Below, piece after piece: positions 36,001 through 51,000 of a stretch of DNA of 64,000 nt. How positions within the stretch are numbered: position 1 is the stretch's first letter; each line of letters begins with the position of its first letter. The notes beneath the pieces are model-generated. The model saw only the letters and a list, made by a program, of their open reading frames with translations, had not been told where the DNA came from and did no database searches. Made by a program: the position numbers and the translations under genes. This DNA comes from Antedon mediterranea (lineage: Eukaryota > Animalia > Echinodermata): positions 23,944,070 through 24,008,069 of the forward strand of contig NC_092671.1 in assembly GCF_964355755.1 (NCBI RefSeq). Direction: 5' to 3'.

Positions 36001-39000
36001 AAATATTCTACTCACCATCAGCAATCTCAGCTGAAAAAAAAAAAAAAAAAAAAAAAAAAAAGAATCATGATTAGTATGATATTTTCTTATACTGTTTAGT
36101 GCATTTATGTTTGTAAAGAAATATTTCAACTGGTGATCCGGTATCCTATTATTATAGTATTATTCTTAAATGCATTGCTTTCATTATGCAATTTAACGTT
36201 TCAAAATTTAAATTTACTTTTTAAAGGTACTATAATAAACAAATAAAACTGGATCTGCCGCAATAATTCCTTTTCATAATACATTTATACCATAATACTA
36301 TAGTGAAATACATATACAGTAATATACAGAAAAAATTTAAAACCATTTTGATTAATTAAATTCAATGAAAATGTCATCAAATTTGGTGTAATTAAAACTA
36401 TTATTTTATTACCAGTAGTTCACTTTTCAAATATCTGATTATTTTAATGATTTGACTACATAAATTGGTGTAAAGAAATAAATATTATTGTAGAAATACC
36501 TGGACAACCAAGAACTTCAAATCTTAAACTGATGTGATTATTCCAAGCTGTTGGATTGATACGAATGTAACGGGCATGTACAGGTGCTGGAAACAGATTG
36601 GTAACTTCTGAGTCAGGATTGGTGTTTCCAACAAATTCCTGTAAATTGACAAACATTACAGAAAATATTTATACATTATTGTATAATTTAAATAAACTTA
36701 AATAAAACATTTCTTATTCTTACTTTAAAGATAGACGTAATGACGTAAATGTCAAATATGTCTAGTTTGTGACCTATATATTTTACCAAAATACTATTGA
36801 AAATGACTACAATATTGATCTACATTTGATGCAGATTGGTCACAAATTTAAGGTGTTTTATCATAGTGTTTTAATATGGTCTACGTTTTTATGGCTGTAT
36901 TTGTAAAGAATGTAAATATTAGATATAAGAAACAATTTAAAATTAACGGGAAACAATAATTTAGTAAGGATACACTTCTTGTTAAGAAATCAGATTCTAA
37001 AATTAGATTGATATATAAATCAAAAAGACAATGCTATAGTGCTATCAGTGGCAAGGTCTTTAATATAAAAAAGGAAAACTTACAACAGCAGCATCATTGA
37101 CTCCAATGATTGATTCAAAGTTGTTACCATCAATACTGTATAAAACTTCAAAAGTTGTAACCCATTGGTCATAGCCCCCATTACGTCCTTGTGTAATTAC
37201 TCCAGTCACTTCTTTTATACCACCAATATCAGCTTGGATCCATTGGTCTTGATTATTTGATTGAGCGGCCCAAGCACCAATATTACCATTCCTTGGAGTT
37301 GTATTAAGTCTACCATATTCAGGCCCATGTTGTGCATTATATTCAGTCGATGCTGTAAGTGCAATTGTTCCTTCTTCTACTCCCAAAGGATCTGTACAGA
37401 ACTCTGTTTCAGCTCCTAATCATTAGAATAGAATGGTCAGCCAATTTATAACATAAACATAAAACAGTTTATTCAAATAATTCATTTCTATTCAGACATT
37501 TGCACAATTTAATTATTTACCTGGACAGCCGGTGACATCAAACCTCATACTAATATGTTGGTGCCAAGTCATTGGATGGATTCTAATAAATCGTGCCTGT
37601 ATTTCAACTGGAAATAGATTGGTAACCTGTGTATCTTTATCTGTATTGCCAACAAATACCTGTAAATAAACAAGCAATGGATATGTAAACAATATCACAA
37701 GAGTATTGAAATGTAAAGAATCAAATACTAATTAATATTATTAGATGTTACCATAATTTCCCAGTTGCTCTGAATAATTCTGAATAATGTATACAGAAAG
37801 AATATACCAATAAATTCATAGCTTCTTGTTACAAACTATTTGTATTACATAAACTTACCATTGATGTGCCAAAAGTTGTCATAACTGTTTCCCAGTTAGA
37901 ACCATCCATGCCATACAGTACTTCATATGACTTAACCCATTGATCATAATTTCCATTACGCCCTTGGGTTACTACACCAGTCACTACTTTCACGTTATTA
38001 AGATCAACTTGAATCCACTGATTACGATCATTGGTTCTGGCTGCCCATGCACCAATGCCATCGTTATCAGGTTCAATATTCAATCTACCACGACGAGCAC
38101 CGTGTTGGGCATTGTATTCACTTGAAGCACGGATGTTTCCTGATGGGATTTCTGATGATTCTATGCCGAGGCTTGCACCAGAGCAAGATCCTTCTGTACA
38201 AAAATTAAATTAGATTATTATTTTTTAGGTCCATTGACAATATACTATACTGTTTTTCCTGTCATTTTGTACATTTACATAAAAAAAATTCTTTCTTAAA
38301 CATTTAAATTTACCTTCAGTAGGTTCTTGCGGTTCTTGATCTTCATCTAAAAATATAAACAAGTCCATTACAAAGACGAAATGACATTTCAATCTGGTAT
38401 GGGTAATAACAATTTATTTATGTGAATAACCATTTCTTTACTTTAAGTGTAAAAACAAACTCTGTCGATTGCTTCATACCTTGCTGGATAACTAAACTAA
38501 CTAACTAAATTGTAAGAAATATTATATTAGTAATATAGATTGTATAGAAGCATACACTTCAAATGCGAGTTACCTGGGCATCCAAGAAGTTCCATGCGCA
38601 TACTGCAATGTCCATTCCATCTGAGAGGATGAATCCGAATGTATCGGGCCAACACAGCATCAGGAAAGAGACTTGTTACTTGAGTATCTTTATCAGAATT
38701 GCCACCAAATTCCTATAAAAAGAAAACAAATTGGTAATGCTTGTATTTACTATGGATAGTGATGATATGTGCACCATCTGGGCTGATATGTGACTACTGT
38801 GTCATTTACATAATTAACTACAAATTTAACAATAAAACAAAAAATACAAATGTAACAAAAAACTTACCAATGGATTTCCATCACTTCCAGGTATTGATTG
38901 CCAATTGACTGCATCCATACCATACATTACTTCATAAGCAGTAACCCATTGGTCATAGTTACCATTTCTTCCTTGGGTAATAACACCCGTTACCATTTTA

Positions 39001-42000
39001 ACTTCACCTATATCAACTTGAAGCCATGGGTCATTGTCATTAGATGCTGCAGCCCAAGATCCAATATCACCACCTCTAGGTGTCAGGTTGAGCCTAGCAA
39101 GACGTGCTGCATGTCTAGAGTTGTATTCACTAGATGCCGTGACAGACGAATCTGGGATAATCATTAACTCCATGCCGACAGCATTTCTGCAGTTCACTAT
39201 TGAACAAAATGCAAATCTTTTTTTATTGTTCAAATTTAATGATACAGTATATTTTTTAATCTATTTAAGTACAATTAAATTTAAGGCATACATACCCTCA
39301 AGAATATACAATTATAAATGTTTAGTTACAGCTTGCATAAAGAATAAAAGTGCTAATGTTTTTTTTTTTTTATTGATTGTTCACAAACCATTCATTGTAT
39401 CTACAGCTAAACTAATTATTGTTAAATGAATTAGTCCCTAAAAACTTACCATGAGTTTCTTCAACAGGAGCTGTAATAAAGAAAACATGTTTATATTGTT
39501 TAATATTTGAAATTTGTAAATCATGTCGGGTTTGTATACTGCAGGATAAAATGATTAGAGTATGTTGATAATATAGTTGGGCATAAATGCATGTTATATC
39601 TAGATGAAGTAGGCATGAAACATGGTCACAAGGGTTTATATCATGACACATCTTTTAATACAGTTTAACTTTACAATCAATCTAACTGTACTATTATTAT
39701 TTATTGAAAGTGTCCACAGTAAAAGCAAAAACAAACATTACCTGCACATCCTAGAACTTCAAATCTCATACTGATGTGTGAACGCCATTGAAGAGGACGA
39801 ATACGAACATATTGTGTTGTAAGTGGTTCAAAAAACAATGTAGTAACATGTGTATTTCTGTCACTATTACCAACAAATGACTGTAATTAAACATAGTTTT
39901 AACCATTAAAAACAATAAAATTTGGTTTTACTTGTTATGTTAAAATTAAATGTAAATTTAACACCATCATATTTCATCTTCAGTTTTGGAAAATTAAACT
40001 TTAATCTGGTTATTACTGTATAACTGTACTATATAATTGTATTAGTCAATATTAATTTTTGTTATAATTAATAATAAAAAATAAGAAAATAAAAATTCCC
40101 GTCAAAATATTACAAAATACTATTCCTAAAAGTGATTGAAATCATAGGCATAAATATATGTTAACAAAACAACAAAGAGTTAACAATAAAATATTAACCA
40201 CACAGTACAAATTATAGTAATACAGATAGCGTACATATCAATTAAATGTGCTCAAATTTACCTTTGGTTGGCCATCCCTTCCAAGAATGACTTCCCAGTT
40301 GATTCCATCCATACTGTACAAGACTTGGTAAGAACTAACCCATTGTTCATAATCATTTCTTCCTTGAGTAATTAAACCAGTTACTTCCTTAACTTCTCCA
40401 AGGTTCACTTGAATCCATTGATCTTGATTGTTTGATCTTGCAGCCCACGATCCGATACCATCACTATCAGGAGTCATATCGAGACGAGCACGTCGTGCCC
40501 CATGTGCATTGTTGTATTCACTTGATGCTTCGATTTGACTGGATGGAATACCAAGTGATTGCATTCCCATTGGCTCCCTACACCTCTCTGTATTTGTAAA
40601 CAGAATTATTAATGATTTAACCTAATTTTCAAAAAATATCTTAATAATTTTAGTGAATATATCAGCTTATAAATTCGATACCAAAGTAAAGGAATACTAT
40701 ACAATTTCAGTCACAAAATGGAAAACAAATATTCTACTCACCATCAGCAATCTCAGCTGAAATAAAAAAAAAACAAAAGTTATTACAATTGAAGAATCAT
40801 GATTAGTATGATATTTTTTTTATACTGTTTAGTGCATTTATGTTTGTAAAGAAATATTTCAACTGGTGATCCGGTATCCTATTATTATAGTATTATTCTT
40901 AAATGCATTGCTTTCATTATGCAATTTAACGTTTCAAAATTTAAATTTACTTTTTAAAGGTACTATAATAAACAAACAAAACTGGATCTGCCGCAATAAT
41001 TCCTTTTCATAATACATTTATACCATAATACTATAGTGAAATACATATACAGTAATATACAGAAAAAATTTAAAACCATTTTGATTAATTAAATTCAATG
41101 AAAATGTCATCAAATTTGGTGTAATTAAAACTATTATTTTATTACCAGTAGTTCACTTTTCAAATATCTGATTATTTTAATGATTTGACTACATAAATGG
41201 GCGTAAAGAAATAAATATTATTGTAGAAATACCTGGACAACCAAGAACTTCAAATCTTAAACTGATGTGATTATTCCAAGCTGTTGGATTGATACGAATG
41301 TAACGGGCATGGACAGGTGCTGGAAACAGATTGGTAACTTCTGAGTCAGGATTGGTGTTTCCAACAAATTCCTGTAAATTGAAAAACATTACAGAAAATA
41401 TTTATACATTATTGTATAATTTAAATGAACATAAATAAAACCTTTGACATCTATTTTTGGATTATTCTTACTTTGAAGATAGACATAATGACGTAAATGT
41501 TACATATGTCTAGTTTGTGACCTACATATTTTACCAAAATACTATGAAAAATGACTACAATATTGATATATATTTGATACAGATTGGTCACAAATTTAAG
41601 GTGTTTTATCATAGTGTTTTAATATGGTCTACGTTTTTAAAATTTGAAAGAATGTAAACATTAGATATAAGAAACAATTTAAAATGGACCTGAAATGGAT
41701 TTTCGATTTTTTTCATTTTAGAATGATGTTTTGGGGGCTATTAGGTGTTGCTAGAATGTATATTGTTACAAAATATAAATTGGCCCTTTTGGGGAAAGCC
41801 CCATTTGAAAATCAAAAAAATTCGCGGGTGACGTCACTTTGCGAATATATTCCTATCCCTTCAATGGAAAATTTGCAGTTTTTTGGCTATAACTCTTGAA
41901 ATCTATGGAGTATTTTCTAAAAAATGCTTGTGCATTTACAGAAACGTATTTAGAATTTTTTTAGATAAAATTATTACCGTATAAACGGTTATTCATCGAG

Positions 42001-45000
42001 AAAATGACGATTTAAAATCTTAAAATCAACGGTTTTTTTCTGGCAATACCGAAGTTGGCCTGGCAACGTTGTCCGGGATACAGCTCCGTGCGCAATGATG
42101 CGTATCCATATTTTCCGTTCGTGTATTTTGTATATTGTTCGTAATTTATACTGCTAAAGTGTGTTAGTTTCTTTAGTTTTTAGTTAATAGCAGAATTAAA
42201 TTAGTAATATGAGATGATAATTTATTTGTCACGAATCAGGCAGTTCGAAAACGAATTTTATTCATATTTTACTTTGGCTTGACAATGAGCGCAGCAAGTT
42301 GTTGATATCGCTTTGGTCCTTGGATACACATGAAACGGAGCCTCGCCGCATGATGTGGGTGGTGGATCGACTCCGCGCTCTGGATTGGGGGCCTAGTAGG
42401 CCTAGGCCTAGTAAAGGTTTGGGAGGTAGGCCTTCTAAATTCGGGTTTTAGAACAAACGAAGTATATTTTAGGGACCTATATTTCAACAACATAATCATT
42501 AAATATTGAATAAATTAGTATTAGTGTCAACGCTTCGCGTATCTTTCCAGGCCGTCGATCATTCACTGACTATTGGGCGGCATACACGCTCTCGATATCA
42601 TCGTATGTATATGTGACGTCGTGAATATAGAGGCTTCCGACGGCCGTTGAAATAGAATATTGCAATGGCGTGAGTAATTTTCGCTAATTTACCATGGTAT
42701 CTTAAAATTTCGTTTTTACTCAAAATACTATACATTTTGTTTTTATTTGTGTGGGTTTGTGTTAATTTGATACATTTAAATAACATGTGTGAATTTCTTG
42801 AAAATCGAAATTCCATTTCAGGTCCATTTTAAAATTAACAGGAAACAATAATTTAGTAAGGATATATTTCTTGTTAAGAGATCAGATTCTAAAATTAGAT
42901 TGATATATAAATCGAAAAGACAAAAATACTGGGAAAAAGGCAATGCTATAGTGCTATCAGTGGCAAGGTCTTTAATATAAAAAAAAGGAAAACTTACAAC
43001 AGCAGCATCATTGGCTCCAATGATTGATTCAAAGTTGTTACCATCAATACTGTACAAAACTTCAAAAGTTGTAACCCATTGGTCATAGCCCCCATTACGT
43101 CCTTGTGTAATTACTCCAGTCACTTCTTTTATACCACCAATATCAGCTTGGATCCATTGGTCTTGATTATTTGATTGAGCGGCCCAAGCACCAATATTAC
43201 CATTCCTTGGAGTTGTATTAAGTCTACCATATTCAGGCCCATGTTGTGCATTATATTCAGTCGATGCTGTAAGTGCAATTGTTCCTTCTTCTACTCCCAA
43301 AGGATCTGTACAGAACTCTGTTTCAGCTCCTAATCATTAGAATAGAATGGTCAGCCAATTTATAACATAAACATAAAACAGTTTATTCAAATAATTCATT
43401 TCTATTCAGACATTTGCACAATTTAATTATTTACCTGGACAGCCGGTGACATCAAACCTCATGCTAATATGTTGGTGCCAAGTCATTGGATGGATTCTAA
43501 TAAATCGTGCCTGTATTTCAACTGGAAATAGATTGGTAACCTGTGTATCTTTATCTGTATTGCCAACAAATACCTGTAAATAAACAAGCAATGGATATGT
43601 AAACAATATCACAAGAGTATTGAAATGTAAAGAATCAAATACTAATTAATATTATTAGATGTTACCATAATTTCCCAGTTGCTCTGAATAATGTATACAG
43701 AAAGAATATACCAATAAATTCATAGCTTTTTGTTACAAACTATTTGTATTACATAAACTTACCATTGATGTGCCAAAAGTTGTCATAACTGTTTCCCAGT
43801 TAGAACCATCCATGCCATACAGTACTTCATATGACTTAACCCATTGATCATAATTTCCATTACGCCCTTGGGTTACTACACCAGTCACTACTTTCACGTT
43901 ATTAAGATCAACTTGAATCCACTGATTACGATCATTGGTTCTGGCTGCCCATGCACCAATGCCATCGTTATCAGGTTCAATATTCAATCTACCACGACGA
44001 GCACCGTGTTGGGCATTGTATTCACTTGAAGCACGGATGTTTCCTGATGGGATTTCTGATGATTCTATGCCGAGGCTTGCACCAGAGCAAGATCCTTCTG
44101 TACAAAAATTAAATTAGATTATTATTTTTTAGGTCCATTGACAATATACTATACTGTTTTCCTGTCATTTTGTACATTTACATAAAAAAAATTCTTTCTT
44201 AAACATTTAAATTTACCTTCAGTGGGTTCTTGCGGTTCTTGATCTTCATCTAAAAATATAAACAAGTCCATTACAAAGACGAAATGACATTTCAATCTGG
44301 TATGGGTAATAACAATTTATTTATGTGAATAACCATTTCTTTACTTTAAGTGTAAAAACAAACTCTGTCGATTGCTTCATACCTTGCTGGATAACTAAAT
44401 TGTAAGAAATATTATATTAGTAATATAGATTGTATAGAAGCATACACTTCAAATGCGAGTTACCTGGGCATCCAAGAAGTTCCATGCGCATACTGCAATG
44501 TCCATTCCATCTGAGAGGATGAATCCGAATGTATCGGGCCAACACAGCATCAGGAAAGAGACTTGTTACTTGAGTATCTTTATCAGAATTACCACCAAAT
44601 TCCTATAAAAAGAAAACAAATTGGTAATGCTTGTATTTACTATGGAGAGTGATGATATGTGCACCATCTGAGCTGATATGTGACTACTGTGTCATTTACA
44701 TAATTAACTACAAATTTAACAATAAAACAAAAAATACAAATGTAACAAAAAAACTTACCAATGGATTTCCATCACTTCCAGGTATTGATTGCCAATTGAC
44801 TGCATCCATACCATACATTACTTCATAAGCAGTAACCCATTGGTCATAGTTACCATTTCTCCCTTGGGTTATAACACCCGTTACCATTTTAACTTCACCT
44901 ATATCAACTTGAAGCCATGGGTCGTTGTCATTAGATGCTGCAGCCCAAGATCCAATATCACCACCTCTAGGTGTCAGGTTGAGCCTAGCAAGACGTGCTG

Positions 45001-48000
45001 CATGTCTAGAGTTGTATTCACTAGATGCCGTGACAGACGAATCTGGGATAATCATTAATTCCATGCCGACAGCATTTCTGCAGTTCACTATTAAACAAAA
45101 TGCAAATCTTTTTTTACTGTTCAAATTTAATGATACAGTATATTTTCTAATCTATTTAAGTACAATTAAATATAAGGCATACATACCCTCAAGAATATAC
45201 AATTATAAATGTTTAGTTACAGCTTGAATAAAGAATAAAAGTGCTAATGTTTTTTTTTTTTTTTAAATTGTTCAAAAACCTTTCATTGTATCTACAGCTA
45301 AACTAATTATTGTTAAATGAATTAGTCCCTAAAAACTTACCATGAGTTTCTTCAACAGGAGCTGTAATAAAGAAAACATGTTTATATTGTTTAATATTTG
45401 AAATTTGTAAATCATGTGGGGTTTGTATACTGCAGGATAAAATGATTAGAGTATGTTGATAATATAGTTGGGCATAAATGCATGTTATATCTAGATGAAG
45501 TAGGCATGAAACATGGTCACAAGGGTTTATATCATGACACATTATTTAATACAGTTTAACTTTACAATCAATCTAACTGTACTATTATTATTTATTGAAA
45601 GTGTCCACAGTAAAAGCAAAAACAAACATTACCTGCACATCCTAGAACTTCAAATCTCATACTGATGTGTGAACGCCATTGAAGAGGACGAATACGAACA
45701 TATTGTGTTGAAAGTGGTTCAAAAAACAATGTAATAACATGTGTATTTCTGTCACTATTACCAACAAATGACTGTAATTAAACATAGTTTTAACCATTAA
45801 AAACAATAAAATTTGGTTTTACTTGTGATGTTAAAATTAAATGTAAATTTAACACCATCATATTTCATCTTCAGTTTTGGAAAATTAAACTTTAATCTGG
45901 TTATTACTGTATAACTGTACTATATAATTGTATTAGTCAATATTAATTTTTGTTATAATTAATAATAAAAAATAAGAAAATAAAAATTCCCGTCAAAATA
46001 TTACAAAATACTATTCCTAAAAGTGATTGAAATCATAGGCATAAATATATGTTAACAAAACAACAAAAAGTTAACAATAAAATATTAACCACACAGTACA
46101 AATTATAGTAATACAGATAGCGTACATATCAATTAAATGTGCTCAAATTTACCTTTGGTTGGCCATCCCTTCCAAGAATGGCTTCCCAGTTGATTCCATC
46201 CATACTGTACAAGACTTGGTAAGAACTAACCCATTGTTCATAATCATTTCTTCCTTGAGTAATTAAACCAGTTACTTCCTTAACTTCTCCAAGGTTCACT
46301 TGAATCCATTGATCTTGATTGTTTGATCTTGCAGCCCACGATCCGATACCATCACTATCAGGAGTCATATCAAGACGAGCACGTCGTGCCCCATGTGCAT
46401 TGTTGTATTCACTTGATGCTTCGATTTGACTGGATGGAATACCAAGTGATTGCATTCCCATTGGCTCCCTACATCTCTCTGTATTTGTAAACAGAATTAT
46501 TAATGATTTAACCTAATTTTCCAAAAATATCTTAATAATTTTAGTGAATATATCAGCTTATAAATTCAATATCAAAGTAAAAGAACATTATACAATTTCA
46601 GTCACAAAATGGTAAACAAATATTCTACTCACCATCAGCAATCTCAGCTGAAATTAAAACAAAAACAAAAGTTATTACAATTGAAGAATCATGACTAGTA
46701 TGATATTTTTTTCATACTGTTTAGTGCATTTAAGTTTTTAAAGAAATATTTCAACTGGTGATCCGGTATCCTATTATTATAGTATTATTCTTAAATGCAT
46801 TGGTTTCATTATGCAATTTAACGTTTCAAAATTTAAATTTACTTTTTAGAGGTACTATAATAAACAACCAAAACTGGATCTGCTGCAATAATTCCTTTTT
46901 ATAATACATTTGTTACTACTATAGTGAAATATAATATATACAGTAATATACAGCAACAAATTTAAAATCATTTTGATTAATTAATTTCAATGAAAATGTT
47001 GTCATCAAATTGGGTGTAATTAAAACTATTATTTTATTACCAGTAGTTCACTTTTCAAATATCTGATTATTTTAAGGATTTGACTACATAAATTGGTGTA
47101 AAGAAATAAATATTATTGTAGAAATACCTGGACAACCAAGAACTTCAAATCTTAAACTGATGTGATTATTCCAAGCTGTCGGGTTGATACGAATGTAATG
47201 GGCATGGACAGGTGCTGGAAACAAATTGGTAACTTCTGAGTCAGGATTGGTGTTTCCAACAAATTCCTGTAAATTGACAAACATTACAGAAAATATTTAT
47301 ACATTATTGTATAATTTAAATGAACTTAAATAAAACATTTTAAATCTATTTTTGGATTCTTCTTACTTTGAAGATAGACGTAATGACGTAAATGTCACAT
47401 ATGTGTAGTTTGTGACCTATATATTTTACCAAAATACTATTGATCTATATTTGATGCAGACTGGTCACAAATTTAAGGTGTTTTGTCGTAGTGTTTTAAT
47501 ATTAGTCCATGGGCTGGAGGGGGGTTACCGTGCACCCCCCACCCCCCACAGTTAAACTTCTTTGGTATCATTTTCTTCCCACGGACATATAGAGTGAAAA
47601 AATCGATGTTAACAAGAAAAATATAGGGATGCATTGTATGTACTTGCGTCATTTGTAATGATCATCAGTGTTTTATCTTCAAATATTTTTTGGGGTAGGG
47701 GGTAACATTTATCCTAATAACCCAAGAATCCAACATCTAATTAGTATTATCTTAGTAACATTGTGTAGCATACATCTTTTAAAATCTTTTAAAATTTAAA
47801 TAAAATTAATCGGAAGATTATTAAGGTCAGTAGAGGTTAAAAGGTCATTGACCTTTTGCAAAATGCAAATTTTTCCCAAAATATAGATAAATTTCAATAT
47901 CATATCTACAATTTTCAATATTTTTTATCTTAATTGTGTTTTGCTTGTGCTTACTGACATATTGAATAAGAAAATATATGTTAACAAGATAAAAATTGCA

Positions 48001-51000
48001 GTTCATTATATACAAATTGTTATTTTTTATTGTTAAAAATTGCAATAAAAATACATTTTTTTGGGGTAGGGGGTAACAATAATAGCAATAACCCAAGAAT
48101 CAAACATCTAATTAGTATGATCTTGGTGTCGTTGTGTAGCATTCGTGTTTTTTCATCATATAAAATTTGAATAAAATTAATCGAACCATTTTTAAGGTCT
48201 GTAGAGGTCAAAAATTGAAAATATTTGCCATAATGAGATACATTTCAATATCAAATCTCCAATTTTTTCAATATTTTTCAATTTAATTGTGTTTTACTTG
48301 TGTTTACTGACATATTGAATAACAAAATATGTGTTAACATGAAAAAAATTGCACTGCATTAATACCAATTGTCATGTAATTTTGTTATTCTTCAAAATTA
48401 CAATAAAAAGACATTTTTGGGGTAGGGGGTAGCATTAATACCAAGAATCCAACACCTAATTAGTATTATCTTGGTACCATTGTGTAGCATACAGTATATG
48501 TTTTTGTAATCATGTTGAATTTAAATGAAATTAATCGAAGGATTATTAAGGTCAATGGATGTAAATTTGTAAAGAATGTAAATATTAGATATAAGTAATA
48601 ATTAAAAATTAACAGGAAACAATAATTTAGTAAGGATACATTTCTTGTTAAGAGATCAGATTCTAAAATTAGATTGATATATAAATCGAAAAGACAATAA
48701 TACTGGGAAAAAAGGCAATGCTATAGTGCTATCAGTGGCAAGGTCTTTAATAAAAAAAAAAGGAAAACTTACAACAGCAGCATCATTGGCTCCAATGATT
48801 GATTCAAAGTTGTTACCATCAATACTGTATAAAACTTCAAAAGTTGTAACCCATTGGTCATAGCCCCCATTACGTCCTTGTGTAATTACTCCAGTCACTT
48901 CTTTTATACCACCAATATCAGCTTGGATCCATTGGTCTTGATTATTTGATTGAGCGGCCCAAGCACCAATATTACCATTCCTTGGAGTTGTATTAAGTCT
49001 ACCATATTCAGGCCCATGTTGTGCATTATATTCAGTCGATGCTGTAAGTGCAATTGTTCCTTCTTCTACTCCCAAAGGATCTGTACAGAACTCTGTTTCA
49101 GCTCCTAATCATTAGAATAGAATGGTCAGCCAATTTATAACATAAACATAAAACAGTTTATTCAAATAATTCATTTCTATTCAGACATATGCACAGTTAA
49201 ATTGTTTACCTGGACAGCCGGTGACATCAAACCTCATACTAATATGTTGGTGCCAAGTCATTGGATGGATTCTAATAAATCGTGCCTGTATTTCAACTGG
49301 AAATAGATTGGTAACCTGTGTATCTTTATCTGTATTGCCAACAAATACCTGCAAATAAACAAGCAATGCATATGTAAACAATATCACAAGAGTGTTGAAA
49401 TGTAAAGAATCAAATACTAATTAATATTATTAGATGTTACCATAATTTCCAAGTTGCTCTGTATGTTTTGAATTTAAGACAGTACTAAAAATTCTGAATA
49501 ATGTATACAGAAAGAATATATCAATAAATTCATAGCTTCTTGTTACAAACTATTTGTATTACATAAACTTACCAATGATGTGCCAAAAGTTGTCATAACT
49601 GTTTCCCAGTTAGAACCATCCATGCCATACAATACTTCATATGACTTAACCCATTGATCATAATTTCCATTACGCCCTTGGGTTACTACACCAGTCACTA
49701 CTTTCACGTTATTAAGATCAACTTGAATCCACTGATTACGATCATTGGTTCTGGCTGCCCATGCACCAATGCCATCGTTATCAGGTTCAATATTCAATCT
49801 ACCACGACGAGCACCGTGTTGGGCATTGTATTCACTTGAAGCACGGATGTTTCCTGATGGGATTTCTGATGATTCTATGCCAAGACTTGCACCAGTGCAA
49901 GATCCTTAAAAGAAATAAATTAAGTTAAACATTTATATTTCAGTATACAAAGAGCATAAATACATGAAGAAATTCACAAATGTACAAATAATGAACTTTC
50001 AGATTCACTTCAAACTGGTTTTTGGTCATTTGGAGCATTTTAATAAATGACAACTTTTTGACTTACTATACCAGAATTTTGTCCCTTATGTTGAATTGTC
50101 TTTTTTGTCAATATTGTTTAGTAATTTATTACATATATTTTTTACTAACCCTAACCACACAATATAGTTAAACACTGAAGAGGAGGATGAGCATATCAGT
50201 ATGGTGAATATTATTATAATATTTTAATTAAAAAGACAAAATACAGGTGAAAAAATGATTGGCAATATTTTTGGGATCTCAATTGGAATAAGAGATATCA
50301 AGTTTAAACAACTATCATTTTGTTAAAACATTCTAATAAACTAAATTCTAACTTTTAAAAACTTTGAACACAGTACAGACCTTCATTTGGAGATTCAAGT
50401 TCTTGATTTTCATCTTGAAATAAAAATATAATCAAATGGTTAAATATTTACATTTTTAGCTGCCTTATATCAAAATAATATGTAGCTGGTGACAGTACAG
50501 TAATGTTTTTGTGTGTGTGATAAAAACAAAAAGGTGGCAGGTGGTGATATGTTTTGTCGCACCTGAACTGGAAAACATTTATTGTTGTGTTATTGTTTTA
50601 ATTAAATACCAACAAAATAGTTGTAAATCATTTAAACTTATCACTTCTTTTTAGAGCAGTGATCAATTTTTAAAAAAAGAATTAAAACAATGAAAAAAAA
50701 AAGTAATAAGAAATTGAAATAAAAATGAAAAAACATACCTCTACACCCTAAGATTTCAAATCGCATGCTAATGTGTCCATGCCACTCGGTTGGGCGTATT
50801 CTAATATACTGAGTATTAACTGATCTTGGGAAGAGATTAGTTACCATAGTGTCTCGATCTGAATTTCCAGTAAACTCCTATGATAAAAATTAAAATTAAT
50901 TACTGAGATGTTTTATTTGTAAATTATTGATTATATTTGATTTAAAGAAACATGAACATTTATATTTTTTGGCTTTTATGTGTACTTCTTAAATAACAAT

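Noticed and set aside
28416-49904. The tandem units as a pure assembly artefact
   Set aside because: Units carry private transposon insertions, indels and wholly different introns in unit 4. The exact copy number still needs read support.
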